A stretch of 64,000 bases of DNA from positions 225,753-289,752 of the forward strand of contig JACKGJ010000001.1 in NCBI GenBank assembly GCA_020631995.1, in the 5' to 3' direction. Positions 44,096 through 53,541 of the stretch are shown here, piece after piece. Position numbers and translations under genes: made by a program. The first letter of the stretch is position 1; each line of letters starts with the position of its first letter. The notes under the pieces were generated by a model, which had not been told where the DNA came from, did no database searches, and worked only from the letters and a program-made list of their open reading frames with translations. The DNA comes from Candidatus Nomurabacteria bacterium (GTDB lineage Bacteria; Patescibacteriota; Minisyncoccia; Phycocordibacterales; UBA918).

Positions 44096-44422
44096 TTAAG
44101 ACTTGATATTACTTAGCAAATTTTCTAAAGTCGCCTTTAGTTCACCAAAACCAATAGTAGTAGCCGGTGCTTTGGTTAAAACAATATACACGCCTTTTAG
44201 ATTTTTTTCTTGCGACGTGCGGTAAATAATGTTGTACAGCTGACGACGCAGGCGGTTGCGGTCAACAGCTTTTTTATAAACCTTCTTACCGACCACTACC
44301 GCAGCATGAAAATCTGGAGCAGGGGAGTAAATCAGACCAAGGGCCGGACTATGGTAACGTCGCCCTAAAGAAAAAAAGCGATCAAACTCTTTTTTAGTTA
44401 ATCGCTCCTTTTTCTTTAACAT
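44096..44422 (-). CDS. rnpA: Ribonuclease P protein component
   Basis: KKERLTKKEFDRFF...AVVVGKKVYKKAVDRNRLRRQL, located between rpmH and yidC. Confidence 0.9.
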   Translation of the reverse strand: MLKKKERLTKKEFDRFFSLGRRYHSPALGLIYSPAPDFHAAVVVGKKVYKKAVDRNRLRRQLYNIIYRTSQEKNLKGVYIVLTKAPATTIGFGELKATLENLLSNIKS

Positions 44423-44503
44423 ATATCAGTTGTTAGATAATGGTTGTCAGTAAGGTACCGAAGGGTACCCATAACTTACAACCAATAACCTTTAACAAAC
44501 AGC

Positions 44504-44665
44504 CTATTTACTAGGTTTTACACTAGGCTTTACAGCCAAACGAACACGCCCCTTCTGACGTCGGGCTTTAAGAATATTGCTCCCCTTAGGGCTATTTTTG
44601 CGAGCCAAAAATCCGTGAGTAGTCATTCGCTTCTTTTTGCTCGGTTGATAGGTTCGTTTAGGCAT
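44504..44665 (-). CDS. rpmH: 50S ribosomal protein L34
   Basis: Below the track's 60-aa cutoff and translated by hand: [53 protein letters not shown]. Confidence 0.9.
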   Translation of the reverse strand: MPKRTYQPSKKKRMTTHGFLARKNSPKGSNILKARRQKGRVRLAVKPSVKPSK

Positions 44666-44890
44666 AAGTGACACAAATATATAGGAAATATATTAAAAGT
44701 CAACGCTGATTTTCAATAGGGCAACTAAGTCACCTAAGAAAACTTATCCCCATCTTATCCACATTGACGCTTTAAAGGATTCTCGGCGGTTTAGTTTCTC
44801 AGGTAAATTTACCCCAAAAGTTTACACGCCAAATGAGGAGAGTATAATGCTTTGCATCGAGTTGTTAATCGCCAACCTCAATCACCGATT

Positions 44891-46270
44891 ATGAATCAAG
44901 CCTCTCCATCAATCTCTAACAACTTTATGCAGACTGAACAAGTAGACATAAAGAAACTCTGGGACGACACCTTGGTCAACATCGAATTGGCAATCACTCC
45001 CGCTAATTTCAAAACTTGGTTTCGAGATACCCGCATTGTGTCACTTGAGGACGGCACAATTGTACTAGGTGTTCCAAGTGTTTTCGTCAGGGACTGGTTG
45101 AAGGACAAGTTCCAACCAATGATTCTGCGTGTACTACGTGAAAATGCTCCTTTTGTACGCAACATTGACTATAGCGTAGTAGCCCGTAGTGAAAAAAAAC
45201 AAGAAACCCGTGCCCAAAACATTAATGCTGCCCTGCCTCTTGAGGAGTACTACATAAATAAGAGCGACAACCTTAACCCACGATACTCTTTCGATACTTT
45301 TATAATCGGCCCTTTCAATGCCCTAGCACACGCAGCGGCCAAGACCGTAAGTGAACGACCAGGAATCACCTATAACCCACTCTTTATCTACGGAAAGACC
45401 GGGCATGGTAAAACCCACCTTATTCAAGCAGTGGGTAATCACCTAAAGAAGGGCGGTAAAAAAGTGTTTTACGTTACTGCAGAGCGTTTTACAGTTGATT
45501 ACTTCAACTCACTACAAAGCGGTACCGCTAACAGCTTCAAAGACAAATACCGTCAATATGACGTATTAGTAATGGACGACGTGCAGTTCTTAAACAGTAA
45601 GGAGAAGACTCAAGAAGAGTTGTTCCATCTGTTTAACACCCTACACGACAATAACAAACAGATAGTGTTTTCAAGTGACATTCACCCCGCTCTACTTTCA
45701 GGTATGGAAGAACGCCTTCAGTCACGTTTTGCGGCCGGAATGATCGTAGACATCCCAGCCCCTGACTTGGAGTCTAGGGCAGCCATTTTGAAGGCAAAAG
45801 CGGCACAAAACAGCATCGCACTAGCCGATGATGTTATTGAGTACCTAGCTGAGTCAATTAATGGCAACATCCGTGAATTAGAAGGTGCCCTAAACTCCAT
45901 AATGTGCCAATCTCAACTTTTGGGACGCATCCTAACAGTAGACGAGGTTCGACTCATTATTAAAAACAGCACCCGACCTCGTCGTAATATGGCTGTGGAT
46001 GATGTTGTGGAAAAAGTAGCCCAATTCTTCAAAATCGAAGCAGCTAGCATTTACGAGAAGACTCGTCGTAAAGAAGTAGTGAAACCACGTCAATTAATTA
46101 TGTATATCTTACGTGAAGATTTTGCCGTATCCTATCCACACATCGGACAAAAACTCGGGGGACGTGACCACACTACTGTTATTCACTCTTGTGAGAAGAT
46201 AAAAAATGAACTTAAACATAGTCCTGAACTAGAAGAAGAAGTTTCACAAATCAGAATGCTCCTAAAATAG
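44891..46270 (+). CDS. dnaA: Chromosomal replication initiator DnaA
   Basis: NPLFIYGKTGHGKTHL, DVLVMDDVQFL, the RELEGAL sensor region, and the C-terminal DNA-binding region GGRDHTTVIHS. First ATG at 44891 (the track TTG is at 44852). DnaA boxes TTATCCCCA (44744-52) and TTATCCACA (44755-63) lie upstream. Confidence 0.95.
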   Translation: MNQASPSISNNFMQTEQVDIKKLWDDTLVNIELAITPANFKTWFRDTRIVSLEDGTIVLGVPSVFVRDWLKDKFQPMILRVLRENAPFVRNIDYSVVARSEKKQETRAQNINAALPLEEYYINKSDNLNPRYSFDTFIIGPFNALAHAAAKTVSERPGITYNPLFIYGKTGHGKTHLIQAVGNHLKKGGKKVFYVTAERFTVDYFNSLQSGTANSFKDKYRQYDVLVMDDVQFLNSKEKTQEELFHLFNTLHDNNKQIVFSSDIHPALLSGMEERLQSRFAAGMIVDIPAPDLESRAAILKAKAAQNSIALADDVIEYLAESINGNIRELEGALNSIMCQSQLLGRILTVDEVRLIIKNSTRPRRNMAVDDVVEKVAQFFKIEAASIYEKTRRKEVVKPRQLIMYILREDFAVSYPHIGQKLGGRDHTTVIHSCEKIKNELKHSPELEEEVSQIRMLLK

Positions 46271-46271
46271 A

Positions 46272-46303
46272 TGAACAAAGCGCCCTCTTGGGCGCTTTGT
46301 TCA
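46272..46303 (+). terminator. dnaA terminator hairpin
   Basis: TGAACAAAGCGCCC-tctt-GGGCGCTTTGTTCA is a 14-bp stem. Confidence 0.7.
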
Positions 46304-46753
46304 TTCAGCAACAAAAGTGGCTGAATAGATAGGGAACAAAAGTTTGATAACTTGTGGAAAACATACAGATAAGTCTGGGGAAAATAGCCCGAACAGCACG
46401 GTATAAGGTGGGGATCAAAACCTTTCAAAACGATGGATAAAACCCCGAGATCTTCATAGCCCCACTTACCCCCAGGCTACTACATAGGTTATAGGTAGAG
46501 GCCTGTGGAAAACAATTGTAAAAATAACTAAGTTTAGGGCCCTAAAATGCAGTTTTCCCGCAATCCACAGGGCTAATAGTAGTAAGGGTTTTGTTTAAAA
46601 ATAAAAATTTACCCCCACTATCCACAAGTCAACACGAGTGAAGTTCAAGGACAACTAAGCCGAAGAGACAAATGAGACAGTTGCGTTATAATGAAGACAA
46701 TACGAACGACAGTCACTGTAAAACACTTATAAATACGTTGTAGCTTCAATAGA
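46304..46753. other. Candidate oriC (dnaA-dnaN intergenic region)
   Basis: DnaA-box-like 9-mers: TGTGGAAAA (46353-61 and 46504-12), ATGGATAAA (46433-41), AATCCACA (46562-69) and CTATCCACA (46618-26). AT-rich tract TTTTGTTTAAAAATAAAAATTTA (46589-46611). Confidence 0.7.
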
Positions 46754-47848
46754 ATGAAAATTACACTCAATCAGAAAGACTTCTACGAAAGGTTGGAGAT
46801 GGTGGGGAGAGTAAGTGCTAAGCATGTTACTTTGCCGGTTTTGCAGTGTGTGTATCTGGAGGCGAAAGGTAGTGATTTGGTAATGAGGGCAACAAACCTT
46901 GAGATTGCTGTTGAGGCAACGGTTGTTGCTGATGTGACTGAAGAGGGTGTTGTGGCAGTTCCAGCTTCAGTTTTACTACAAACAGTGAGTTTAAATAAAG
47001 AGAAATCAGTTACTTTGCGTGCTGAAGACGGTGGTTTGGTTGTGGAAGCTAGTGGGTCAGAAACTTTGATTAAGTCCATTCCTCACGAAGAGTTTCCTTC
47101 TATACCAAAAGTGGAAGGTGGAGGGCAAACAATTAACAATCATTTGTTTAGTCTAGGTATCAAGTCTTCGGCTTTTGCTGCTTCGGTATCCTCGATTAAG
47201 CCTGAGCTAGGTAGTGTGTATATTTTTCAGAAGAAGGAACATAGTCTTACTTTTGTAGCTACGGACTCGTTTCGTTTGATGGAAAAGTCTGTTCCACAAA
47301 AAGGTGTAATTTTTGAGTCGTCAGTTTTGTTGCCACAGAAGAACGCCTTGGAAATTGCTCGCGTTTTAGATTCTGTTTCTTCTGATCCGGTCTGTCGGTT
47401 TAATGATAATCAGTTCTCTTTGGAATTTAGTGAGGGTGTTTATATAACTTCACGACTTATCTCTGGGTCTTTCCCTGACTACGAACAGATTATGCCGAAG
47501 GAGTTTGCGGCCAAGGTTACTCTACTCAAAGAAGATCTGGTGCGTGCTTTTAAGAAAACGAGTATATTTTTAAATAAATTTGCTCAAGTGGGCCTCTATA
47601 TAACCAAAGGTTCTTTGACAGTCTCCGCTGTAGGAGGGGAGTTGGGAACAACTACTGAATCATTAAAGGCAGAAACTGAAGGGGAGGAACTCACTTTGAA
47701 TTTTAATCAAAGATACCTTTCGGAAGTGTTGTCCCATATGGTGGATGATAGTGTTGTCTTACAGTTCTCGGGAGTGGGTAGGCCGGTTGTAATAAAGGGT
47801 GTTTCAGATGCTTCTGTTCGTTATCTTGTTATGCCGATGAACAAATAA
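46754..47848 (+). CDS. dnaN: DNA polymerase III beta sliding clamp
   Basis: 364 aa with a three-domain repeat flavour (LQCVYLEAKGSDLVMRATNLE..., ATDSFRL, PVVIKG...YLVMPM), located directly after dnaA/oriC. Confidence 0.9.
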   Translation: MKITLNQKDFYERLEMVGRVSAKHVTLPVLQCVYLEAKGSDLVMRATNLEIAVEATVVADVTEEGVVAVPASVLLQTVSLNKEKSVTLRAEDGGLVVEASGSETLIKSIPHEEFPSIPKVEGGGQTINNHLFSLGIKSSAFAASVSSIKPELGSVYIFQKKEHSLTFVATDSFRLMEKSVPQKGVIFESSVLLPQKNALEIARVLDSVSSDPVCRFNDNQFSLEFSEGVYITSRLISGSFPDYEQIMPKEFAAKVTLLKEDLVRAFKKTSIFLNKFAQVGLYITKGSLTVSAVGGELGTTTESLKAETEGEELTLNFNQRYLSEVLSHMVDDSVVLQFSGVGRPVVIKGVSDASVRYLVMPMNK

Positions 47849-48026
47849 AGCTTGCAGAATTGGCGCAGAACTTTGGCGCCACGAAAAAATAATACTCACT
47901 GTATATCTAAGATACACTTCGCATTATTTTTTCTAAGCTCCTCGTTCTGTATCAAATTTTGCAAGCTTTGGCTACAATAGGTACTGCAAAAAACACATCT
48001 ACGTTCATTAATTACTAAACTAAAAT

Positions 48027-48308
48027 ATGAGAGGTGAATTAACAAAAGTATCTTCTTTATTTGATAAATACAAAAAGACTTTAGTTGCGCCTGAGGCTTC
48101 GGTGGTGAGTGCTTTTTTGGAGGTGGTAGAAGATTTGTTGTCTGTAAAACTGAGTAGGGAAAAGGTTAGATATAATCCTACCTCACGCACCTTGTCCCTT
48201 AACGGACTGGGTGCCCTTCGTAGCGAGGTGAAGATAAGAGAGGGGGAGATACTAAATCACTTGAGGGGTCGTTTGGGAGATAAGGGTTCACCTAAGAGGG
48301 TGATGTGA
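48027..48308 (+). CDS. Small DUF721/DciA-like protein (tentative)
   Basis: A 93-aa protein downstream of dnaN. TLSLNGLGALRSEVKIREGEILNHLRGRLG resembles the DUF721 C-terminal pattern. Confidence 0.4.
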   Translation: MRGELTKVSSLFDKYKKTLVAPEASVVSAFLEVVEDLLSVKLSREKVRYNPTSRTLSLNGLGALRSEVKIREGEILNHLRGRLGDKGSPKRVM

Positions 48309-48356
48309 TGGTTTGTTTCTGTTAGTAGTACTGTCCAATTAGTTGCCAGGCGGGTC

Positions 48357-48402
48357 AGAAAACAAAAGAACCACAGCTATAGCTGTGGTTCTTTTGTTTT
48401 CT
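48357..48402. terminator. 46-bp perfect palindrome, bidirectional terminator
   Basis: AGAAAACAAAAGAACCACAGCTA / TAGCTGTGGTTCTTTTGTTTTCT has 23 of 23 bases paired when checked base by base. It lies between convergent genes. Confidence 0.8.
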
Positions 48403-48407
48403 GCTCC

Positions 48408-50672
48408 TTAGTTTTGCAGGTCTCCGATTTCGACGCCTTCTTCTTGATTTTGATTATCTTCACTGTTCTCAGGTCCGACGCCGTCGTTTAGGATTGTGAA
48501 AAATTGATTATTTTTCCAAGCTGTCACTCCGTACTCCCACAAGTAGTATTGCCCGTCACTGGCTGGATTGGACGGGTATGGTCCACGTGGGTCGTCTTTG
48601 TTTACAAAGTGCAGGATGGAATGGGTGTTCGAATATAGGGCTTCCAATATGTTTGCGGTGTCTGGGTTGCTACCAAGGTCTCCCACTAGGCTACTAGCGT
48701 CCACAAAATAGCCGTTAGAGCGTAGTACTGGCTTAATGTCGTCAGGTATAGCTGCTGGGTCTGGAAACGATTCCTTGGCTATATTTTCGTTTTCTAAAGC
48801 CACATCCATAAAGGCGCGCCAAAGAGGAGAAATAATAAGTCCTGATATCTCATTCATTGATTCGTTGTTGTTATTTCCAGCCCAGGCCCCCACAACTATA
48901 TTTGGTGTGTACCCAAATATCCAAGCGTCGCGTTTGTCGTTAGTGGTACCTGTCTTGGCGGCTACGTCGACATCATTACCGAAGTAGAGTTGGGAATTGG
49001 CTCCATAGAGCGGTGTTCTGGCTACGTTGTCAGAAAGAATATTGGAGACTTGGAGTGCGGCTTCTCGGTCAATTACTCTCTCTACTACTATCTCCTCGTC
49101 TACTTCCTCTATAATATTTCCTACCGGATCTTCGATGCGCAATATACTTCGAGTTTGCGCCTTTTCGCCCTCGTTGGCCAATACACTGTATGCTGTCGTC
49201 ATATTAAGTAGAGTGACCTCACCGCCTCCGAGCACTAACGTGAGTCCATAACGGCGCCAGTCAGTTAGGGTCGATAGTCCAGCATCTCTGGCTAGTTTGA
49301 TTGAGTCTTGCATTCCAGCCAGGTACAAGGTCTTAACAGCAGGAATGTTAAGAGATTGAGCCAGGGCGTTTCTCATTGAAACCGGTCCACGAAAAGCGTT
49401 GTCATAGTTTTGTGGAGAATAACAACCGTCTTCAGAAGTGAAGTTGTTTGGTGAGCAGGTTGTGGAAAATTGTGTACGTACATCAAAAAGTGTAGTGGCT
49501 GGGGTGTATCCCTTTTCAAAGGCTTTGGCGTAGATAAAGGGCTTGATGGATGAACCCGGCTGACGTTCGGCTAGGGCAATATTATAATTTCCATCAATCT
49601 CCTCGTCGAAATAGCCACGAGAACCAACCATTGTTAGTATGTCTCCTGTGTTGGGGTCGATGGCCACAAGGGCTGCGTTTGATGCGTTGTACTTGGTTTC
49701 ATTGGTAAGGGCATAATCATTAACGATTTTCTCTGCCTCGGCTTGAAGTTCATAGTCAAGAGTAGTCACAACTTTTAGTCCACGAGTAGCGAGCTCCTCC
49801 TCACCATAGCGTTCGGCCAACTGTTCCCAAATATACATTACGAAGTGCGGAGCCTTGATGCCGGTATTGGCGTCAGCAACGAATTCCACAGTCTCAGCTT
49901 TGGCTGCGTCATACTCTTCTTGTGAAATGAATTCCAGTTTGAGCATTTGATCTAACACGCGATTCTTTCGCACCTCAAGAGCATCGCGGTTGTTGCCGTG
50001 GGGTGAGAAATAGGTGGGGGCCTGAGGTATGGCGGCTAAGTATGCCGCCTCTGCTAAGGTGATATCGGAAGCAGATTTGGCGAAGAAGGCTCTGCTAGCT
50101 TCCTCTACTCCATAGATGGTACCGCCGTATGGAGATTCGTTAAGATAGTGCCAGAGAATTTCTTCCTTGGTAAGAAGCTGTTCTAGGCGGAGAGCCAAAA
50201 TAGCCTCCTTAATCTTTCTTATGTATGACTTCTCACGACTAAGGAGTGCGTTTTTGATTACTTGTTGAGTAATAGTCGAGCCTCCTTGGCCACGGATATC
50301 ACCTCCTTGGAGATTGCTAACAAAGGCACGTACGATTGCAAGTGGACGTACTCCCCAGTGTTCGAAAAAAGTATCATCCTCAATAGCGACCGTAGCATTT
50401 TTTATATGATGTGATATCTCATCGTAAGGTATTACTGTGCGCCGTACGTCTTGATTGAGGTCGTACAAAACAATCTCGCCGGTGCGGTCATAGATTTTAG
50501 TAGACTGCAGTACGCGACGTTGTTCAAAGGCGGACAAGTCAGGAATGTTGAGTGTAGAGATAAAGACCAGTAGGGCACCAGCACCAATAAAACCAAGTAC
50601 AGTGGTGATAATTAACCCATCCACCGCCCATTCTTTCCATTTTGCTGATGATTTTCTCTTCATATGTCTCAT
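48408..50672 (-). CDS. Class A penicillin-binding protein (glycosyltransferase + transpeptidase)
   Basis: GT51 motifs (AIEDDTFFEHWGV, GGSTITQQ, RKIKEA). Transpeptidase motifs SSIKP, SMRN (SxN-like) and KTGTT. The start is taken at MRHMKRK; the track start at 50714 almost abuts tyrS. Confidence 0.85.
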   Translation of the reverse strand: MRHMKRKSSAKWKEWAVDGLIITTVLGFIGAGALLVFISTLNIPDLSAFEQRRVLQSTKIYDRTGEIVLYDLNQDVRRTVIPYDEISHHIKNATVAIEDDTFFEHWGVRPLAIVRAFVSNLQGGDIRGQGGSTITQQVIKNALLSREKSYIRKIKEAILALRLEQLLTKEEILWHYLNESPYGGTIYGVEEASRAFFAKSASDITLAEAAYLAAIPQAPTYFSPHGNNRDALEVRKNRVLDQMLKLEFISQEEYDAAKAETVEFVADANTGIKAPHFVMYIWEQLAERYGEEELATRGLKVVTTLDYELQAEAEKIVNDYALTNETKYNASNAALVAIDPNTGDILTMVGSRGYFDEEIDGNYNIALAERQPGSSIKPFIYAKAFEKGYTPATTLFDVRTQFSTTCSPNNFTSEDGCYSPQNYDNAFRGPVSMRNALAQSLNIPAVKTLYLAGMQDSIKLARDAGLSTLTDWRRYGLTLVLGGGEVTLLNMTTAYSVLANEGEKAQTRSILRIEDPVGNIIEEVDEEIVVERVIDREAALQVSNILSDNVARTPLYGANSQLYFGNDVDVAAKTGTTNDKRDAWIFGYTPNIVVGAWAGNNNNESMNEISGLIISPLWRAFMDVALENENIAKESFPDPAAIPDDIKPVLRSNGYFVDASSLVGDLGSNPDTANILEALYSNTHSILHFVNKDDPRGPYPSNPASDGQYYLWEYGVTAWKNNQFFTILNDGVGPENSEDNQNQEEGVEIGDLQN

Positions 50673-50716
50673 AATAAAGGTGCAATATTGCCAATAATAA
50701 CAGTATTTGTCCAATT

Positions 50717-51958
50717 ATGATAAACTCGATGGGTATGGAATTTAGTACAGAACTTAAAAACCGTGGCTTAGTGCAAGATACTTCTGCTGATATCGAACGA
50801 ATCTTGGGTGAAAAGCGGACTGTTTATATAGGGACTGATCCAACTGCCGATTCATTACACGTTGGGCACTTAGCCTGGGTAGTTTTATTAAAGCGACTGG
50901 GAGACGCCGGACACAAGCTGATTCTTCTTGTTGGCGGCGGTACTGGAATGATTGGTGATCCAAAAGAGAAAGGCGAGAGGTCCCTTAAGACCATAGAAGA
51001 AGTAGACCACAATGCGCGGGCCTTCGAAGTACAACTGCGAAGTTTGTTGGGAGAACAAGTTGATTTCGAAATGGTTAATAATGCTCTGTGGTTGCGTGAG
51101 GTAAGGTTGTTAGATTTTTTGCGAGATACCGGTAAGCACTTTACGGTAAATGATTTGGTTAAGCGCGATTTGATTCGTCGCCGCCTCGAAACCCCTGACG
51201 AAAGTATTTCTTATACGGAATTTACCTATTCATTACTTCAAGCTTACGACTATCGTGAACTTAATGAACGCTATGGTTGTGATTTGCAGATCGGGGGAAG
51301 TGACCAGTGGACTAATATTTTATCGGGCGTCGACCTTATCCGAAAAACCACCGGGAAAGAAGTGTTTGCCTTCTCGTTCCCGTTAATTACTGATGCCAGC
51401 GGAAGAAAGTTTGGTAAGAGTGAAGGAAACGCTCTGTGGTTGAGTGGGGAGAAGACCAGTCCATATCAGTTTTATCAGTTCTGGCTTAATGTCGAGGATG
51501 AGAAGGTTATTGATTATTTGAAGATTTATACATTCTTATCTCTCGAGGAAATAGAGACAATTGAAAAAGAACACCAAGTGGATCCAGGCGCTCGCCTTGC
51601 TCACAGACGCCTGGCTGAAGAGATGACCAGCTTCACTCATGGGGACGAGGCAACCAAATCCGCTATTCGCATTTCTGGAATTTTGTTTGATGGTTTGCCG
51701 CTTAGTGATTTGTCCGGTGCCGATAAAGAGATGCTTGTGAAAAACGCACCAGTATTTCCGGGCGCGAAGGGCCAACTCCTGGTTGAGGTTTTGGTAGGTA
51801 GTGGATTAGCTAGTAGTAAAAGAGAGGCACGTGAATTCATCGAAAGTGGAGCCGTCACTTTGGCTGGAGAAAAGCTAACTAACCCAGAAACTACAATGGA
51901 TTTTGCTGAGCTAGCAATATTAAAAAGAGGAAAAAAGAATTTGGTAGTTTTGATTTAG
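50717..51958 (+). CDS. tyrS: Tyrosyl-tRNA synthetase
   Basis: HVGH (HIGH motif), KFGKS (KMSKS motif) and a C-terminal S4-like domain. The true start may be ATG at 50729 or 50735. Confidence 0.9.
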   Translation: MINSMGMEFSTELKNRGLVQDTSADIERILGEKRTVYIGTDPTADSLHVGHLAWVVLLKRLGDAGHKLILLVGGGTGMIGDPKEKGERSLKTIEEVDHNARAFEVQLRSLLGEQVDFEMVNNALWLREVRLLDFLRDTGKHFTVNDLVKRDLIRRRLETPDESISYTEFTYSLLQAYDYRELNERYGCDLQIGGSDQWTNILSGVDLIRKTTGKEVFAFSFPLITDASGRKFGKSEGNALWLSGEKTSPYQFYQFWLNVEDEKVIDYLKIYTFLSLEEIETIEKEHQVDPGARLAHRRLAEEMTSFTHGDEATKSAIRISGILFDGLPLSDLSGADKEMLVKNAPVFPGAKGQLLVEVLVGSGLASSKREAREFIESGAVTLAGEKLTNPETTMDFAELAILKRGKKNLVVLI

Positions 51959-51973
51959 AGCCCAAATTAAAAA

Positions 51974-52005
51974 CCACGACTGCCCTTTGGGCAGTCGTGG
52001 TTTTT
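51974..52005. terminator. Bidirectional terminator
   Basis: CCACGACTGCCC-ttt-GGGCAGTCGTGG is flanked by an A-run and a T-run. Confidence 0.8.
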
Positions 52006-52018
52006 AATAAATTTTCAA

Positions 52019-52357
52019 CTAAAGTGGGTCCTCGTCATCAAAGGAGTCATAATCTACGTCCTCTGCATCTTCCTCTAAGGTCTCACTGTCTTCGGCGTCT
52101 TCATCCTTTTTTTCCTCCTCTTCCTCCTCCGGGTCGTCTTCTTTTATGTGTCCAAAACCTTCCGGTTCTTCCGGGGTTGCGACTTCCTCGCTAATTTCGT
52201 CAAGCATTGAGTCATCGATGCCGGATTCGGTATCCTCAACTTCCTCCTCGACATCATCGTCATTATTTTTAGTATGCAAAAAGTTCATATAAGGTTGGGG
52301 GTTGGTAATTAATTCACTACTGAAAAAAGATTTTAGCGCATTAACGATGATGCGCAA
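52019..52357 (-). CDS. Highly acidic hypothetical protein
   Basis: The ORF has long Asp/Glu tracts (DDPEEEEEEKKDEDAEDSETLEEDAEDVDYDSFDDEDPL). The start is uncertain (52357 or ATG at 52288). Confidence 0.4.
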   Translation of the reverse strand: MRIIVNALKSFFSSELITNPQPYMNFLHTKNNDDDVEEEVEDTESGIDDSMLDEISEEVATPEEPEGFGHIKEDDPEEEEEEKKDEDAEDSETLEEDAEDVDYDSFDDEDPL

Positions 52358-52496
52358 CCCCTACAGCAGACTTCCTTCGGTTTGGCATACAGATTTTCGT
52401 AAAGAGCAAGATAGCTGGCGTCTTTTGAGTAATTTACGCTATGTCGTTTCACCTTGGCCAAACTTAAGGACAGGAAGTTTGGTGTTGTGGCGGGGG

Positions 52497-52967
52497 CTAC
52501 CTGTGGTGAGCTAGTGCTGTTACAGCAACGGCAATCGCATCGTACTCGTCGTCAAGGGCAGTCTCGGGTAAGTCGGGCACTAAACGCATTAACATATTCA
52601 TTACGGCGCGTTTGTCACTCATTCCGTACCCTGTAACGGCAACCTTTATCTCCTGTGGACCAAATTCCCGCACTTCTGCCTTATGCTTCCGGGCTAAATA
52701 GATAACCACACCACGGGCTTCAGCAACAGCCACTGCCGTTTTTAAATTTTTGTTAAAGAACAGAGTTTCAATTGCTACTAAGTCAGGTTTATATTTTTTA
52801 ATCAACACCTCTAAGGCAGACCCTAGTTCACCAATACGTTCAGGAAGTGTATCCTTTTTGTCGGTCAAAACACACTCTGAATGGATTAGGTGTTCTTTTC
52901 CACTAACTTTCTCCATCACCGCCACTCCAAGGCGATCATATCCAGGATCTACTGCCAAGACTCTCAT
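52497..52967 (-). CDS. ruvC: Crossover junction endodeoxyribonuclease RuvC
   Basis: MRVLAVDPGYDRLGVAV...VAIETLFFNKN...DEYDAIAVA. ATG at 52967. Confidence 0.9.
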   Translation of the reverse strand: MRVLAVDPGYDRLGVAVMEKVSGKEHLIHSECVLTDKKDTLPERIGELGSALEVLIKKYKPDLVAIETLFFNKNLKTAVAVAEARGVVIYLARKHKAEVREFGPQEIKVAVTGYGMSDKRAVMNMLMRLVPDLPETALDDEYDAIAVAVTALAHHR

Positions 52968-52971
52968 ATTG

Positions 52972-53520
52972 TTATTCACCCGACTCAGGGCTATCTGCTG
53001 TTGTGTATACATCCTGTACATCGTCTTGTTCCTCAAGTTGTTCTATGAGTTCTCCCAGGCGCTCGCCGTCTGTGTCATTTAGTTCCAGTGGGGTGTTCGG
53101 CACGTATCCATCAGCTGTTTTAGTAAAAGCCCAAGCTGCTGTTCCTGGTACTCCGAGCTGGAAGCCAGATTTAGTGAAAATGCTTCGTACTTCTTGAGAG
53201 GTACGGTTATTGTTGTCAGTGACGGCGGTAATCATAAGTGCTACTCCACCTGGACCAAAGGCCTCGAACAATACTTCCTCAAAAGCGGCACCTCCAGCAC
53301 CCGCACCTTTGGCCACTGCTCTATCAATGTTTTCCTTTGGCATTGATTCTTTCTTAGCTCGTACAATAGCTGCGGCAAGTCCGGGCGAACTTATGTCTCC
53401 ATTTGCCTTACGTGATTCCATAGCAATTAGAGCAGAGTGCTTGGAAAACACTTTGCTCTTTACGGCGTCAGTCGCCGCTTTCTTATGTTTAATCTTTGAC
53501 CATTTATTGTGTCCGCTCAT
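52972..53520 (-). CDS. yebC: YebC/PmpR-family protein, short (182 aa) form
   Basis: MSGHNKWSKIKHKKAATDAVKSKVF...EAFGPGGVALMITAVTDNNNRT...DDVQDVY. It is about 60 aa shorter than the ~240-aa forms I know. Confidence 0.8.
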   Translation of the reverse strand: MSGHNKWSKIKHKKAATDAVKSKVFSKHSALIAMESRKANGDISSPGLAAAIVRAKKESMPKENIDRAVAKGAGAGGAAFEEVLFEAFGPGGVALMITAVTDNNNRTSQEVRSIFTKSGFQLGVPGTAAWAFTKTADGYVPNTPLELNDTDGERLGELIEQLEEQDDVQDVYTTADSPESGE

Positions 53521-53541
53521 ATTATGAGATTAAATTAATAC

